Position numbers and translations under genes: made by a program | Shown: piece by piece, positions 64,000 to 64,000 of the stretch | Position numbering within the stretch: position 1 is the stretch's first letter | Layout of the letters: each line of letters opens with the position of its first letter | Notes under the pieces: model-generated | What the model was told of the DNA's origin: nothing | The model's database searches: none | What the model saw: only the letters and a program-made list of their open reading frames with translations | Origin: Nanobdellota archaeon | Lineage (GTDB): Archaea > Nanobdellota > Nanobdellia > Pacearchaeales > JAHJTO01 | Assembly: GCA_042572295.1 (NCBI GenBank) | Contig: JBHPFA010000001.1 | Location: 9,583 to 73,582 of the forward strand | Direction: 5' to 3' | Length of the DNA: 64,000 nucleotides

Positions 64000-64000
64000 T

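Noticed and set aside
1-64000. Search for rRNA, CRISPR arrays, transposases or integrases
   Set aside because: No direct-repeat array with regular spacing was seen. No rRNA-like conserved stretches were seen. No ORF had DDE, tyrosine-recombinase or serine-recombinase signatures.

Overview
This is an AT-rich (roughly 30% GC by eye) segment of an archaeal chromosome. Archaeal markers are aIF2-gamma, ribosomal proteins L10e and L35Ae, an N-terminal PAN-like AAA ATPase fragment at the window start, TTTAAA-type BRE/TATA boxes about 25 nt upstream of often leaderless ATG starts, and T-rich terminators. About 95 densely packed protein genes and one tRNA-Val(UAC) are supported; no rRNA, CRISPR array or recognisable transposase/integrase was found. 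Recognisable housekeeping genes include PEP synthase, SufS flanked by two IscU-like scaffolds with a DUF1858 protein and an HTH regulator, ThiI, Dus, aminopeptidase N, a GlcD-like FAD oxidase with a split GlcF-like Fe-S partner, an ABC-2 transporter set plus a fused ABC exporter, NUDIX and MazG hydrolases, an AlkD-like repair protein, a GNAT acetyltransferase, a cold-shock protein, an ICMT-family methyltransferase, a PSD-like decarboxylase and an SNF2-family helicase. Several things stand out. (1) A conserved ~45-nt promoter-proximal 5' leader (AGAGGTGTT..TTCTGAGTAARNATAAAATG) sits in front of five unrelated small-protein genes, three of them tiny Cys-rich zinc-ribbon-like peptides. (2) A duplicated ~245-bp cassette carrying a 42-aa zinc-ribbon ORF flanks a GNAT gene. 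(3) A GC-rich segment with five UUCG-capped hairpins lies right after the tRNA. (4) An ORFan island of 11 genes in two convergent operons begins with an ATP-cone/Mrr-like PD-(D/E)xK nuclease. (5) An SNF2 helicase is co-transcribed with two unknown partners, one carrying a C-terminal Cys cluster. (6) A CHASE2 adenylate cyclase, a FecR-domain protein and a Pol-beta-type nucleotidyltransferase form one operon. (7) The 14-mer TGCGCCGTCCGGGV (12-nt core GCGCCGTCCGGG) recurs three times around two cassette-like genes. (8) An RGG-repeat protein carries a CxxC-x17-CxxC ribbon, and surface proteins carry MopE-like and EGF-like Cys repeats. All protein identifications rest on motifs read directly from the translations; no database search was possible.
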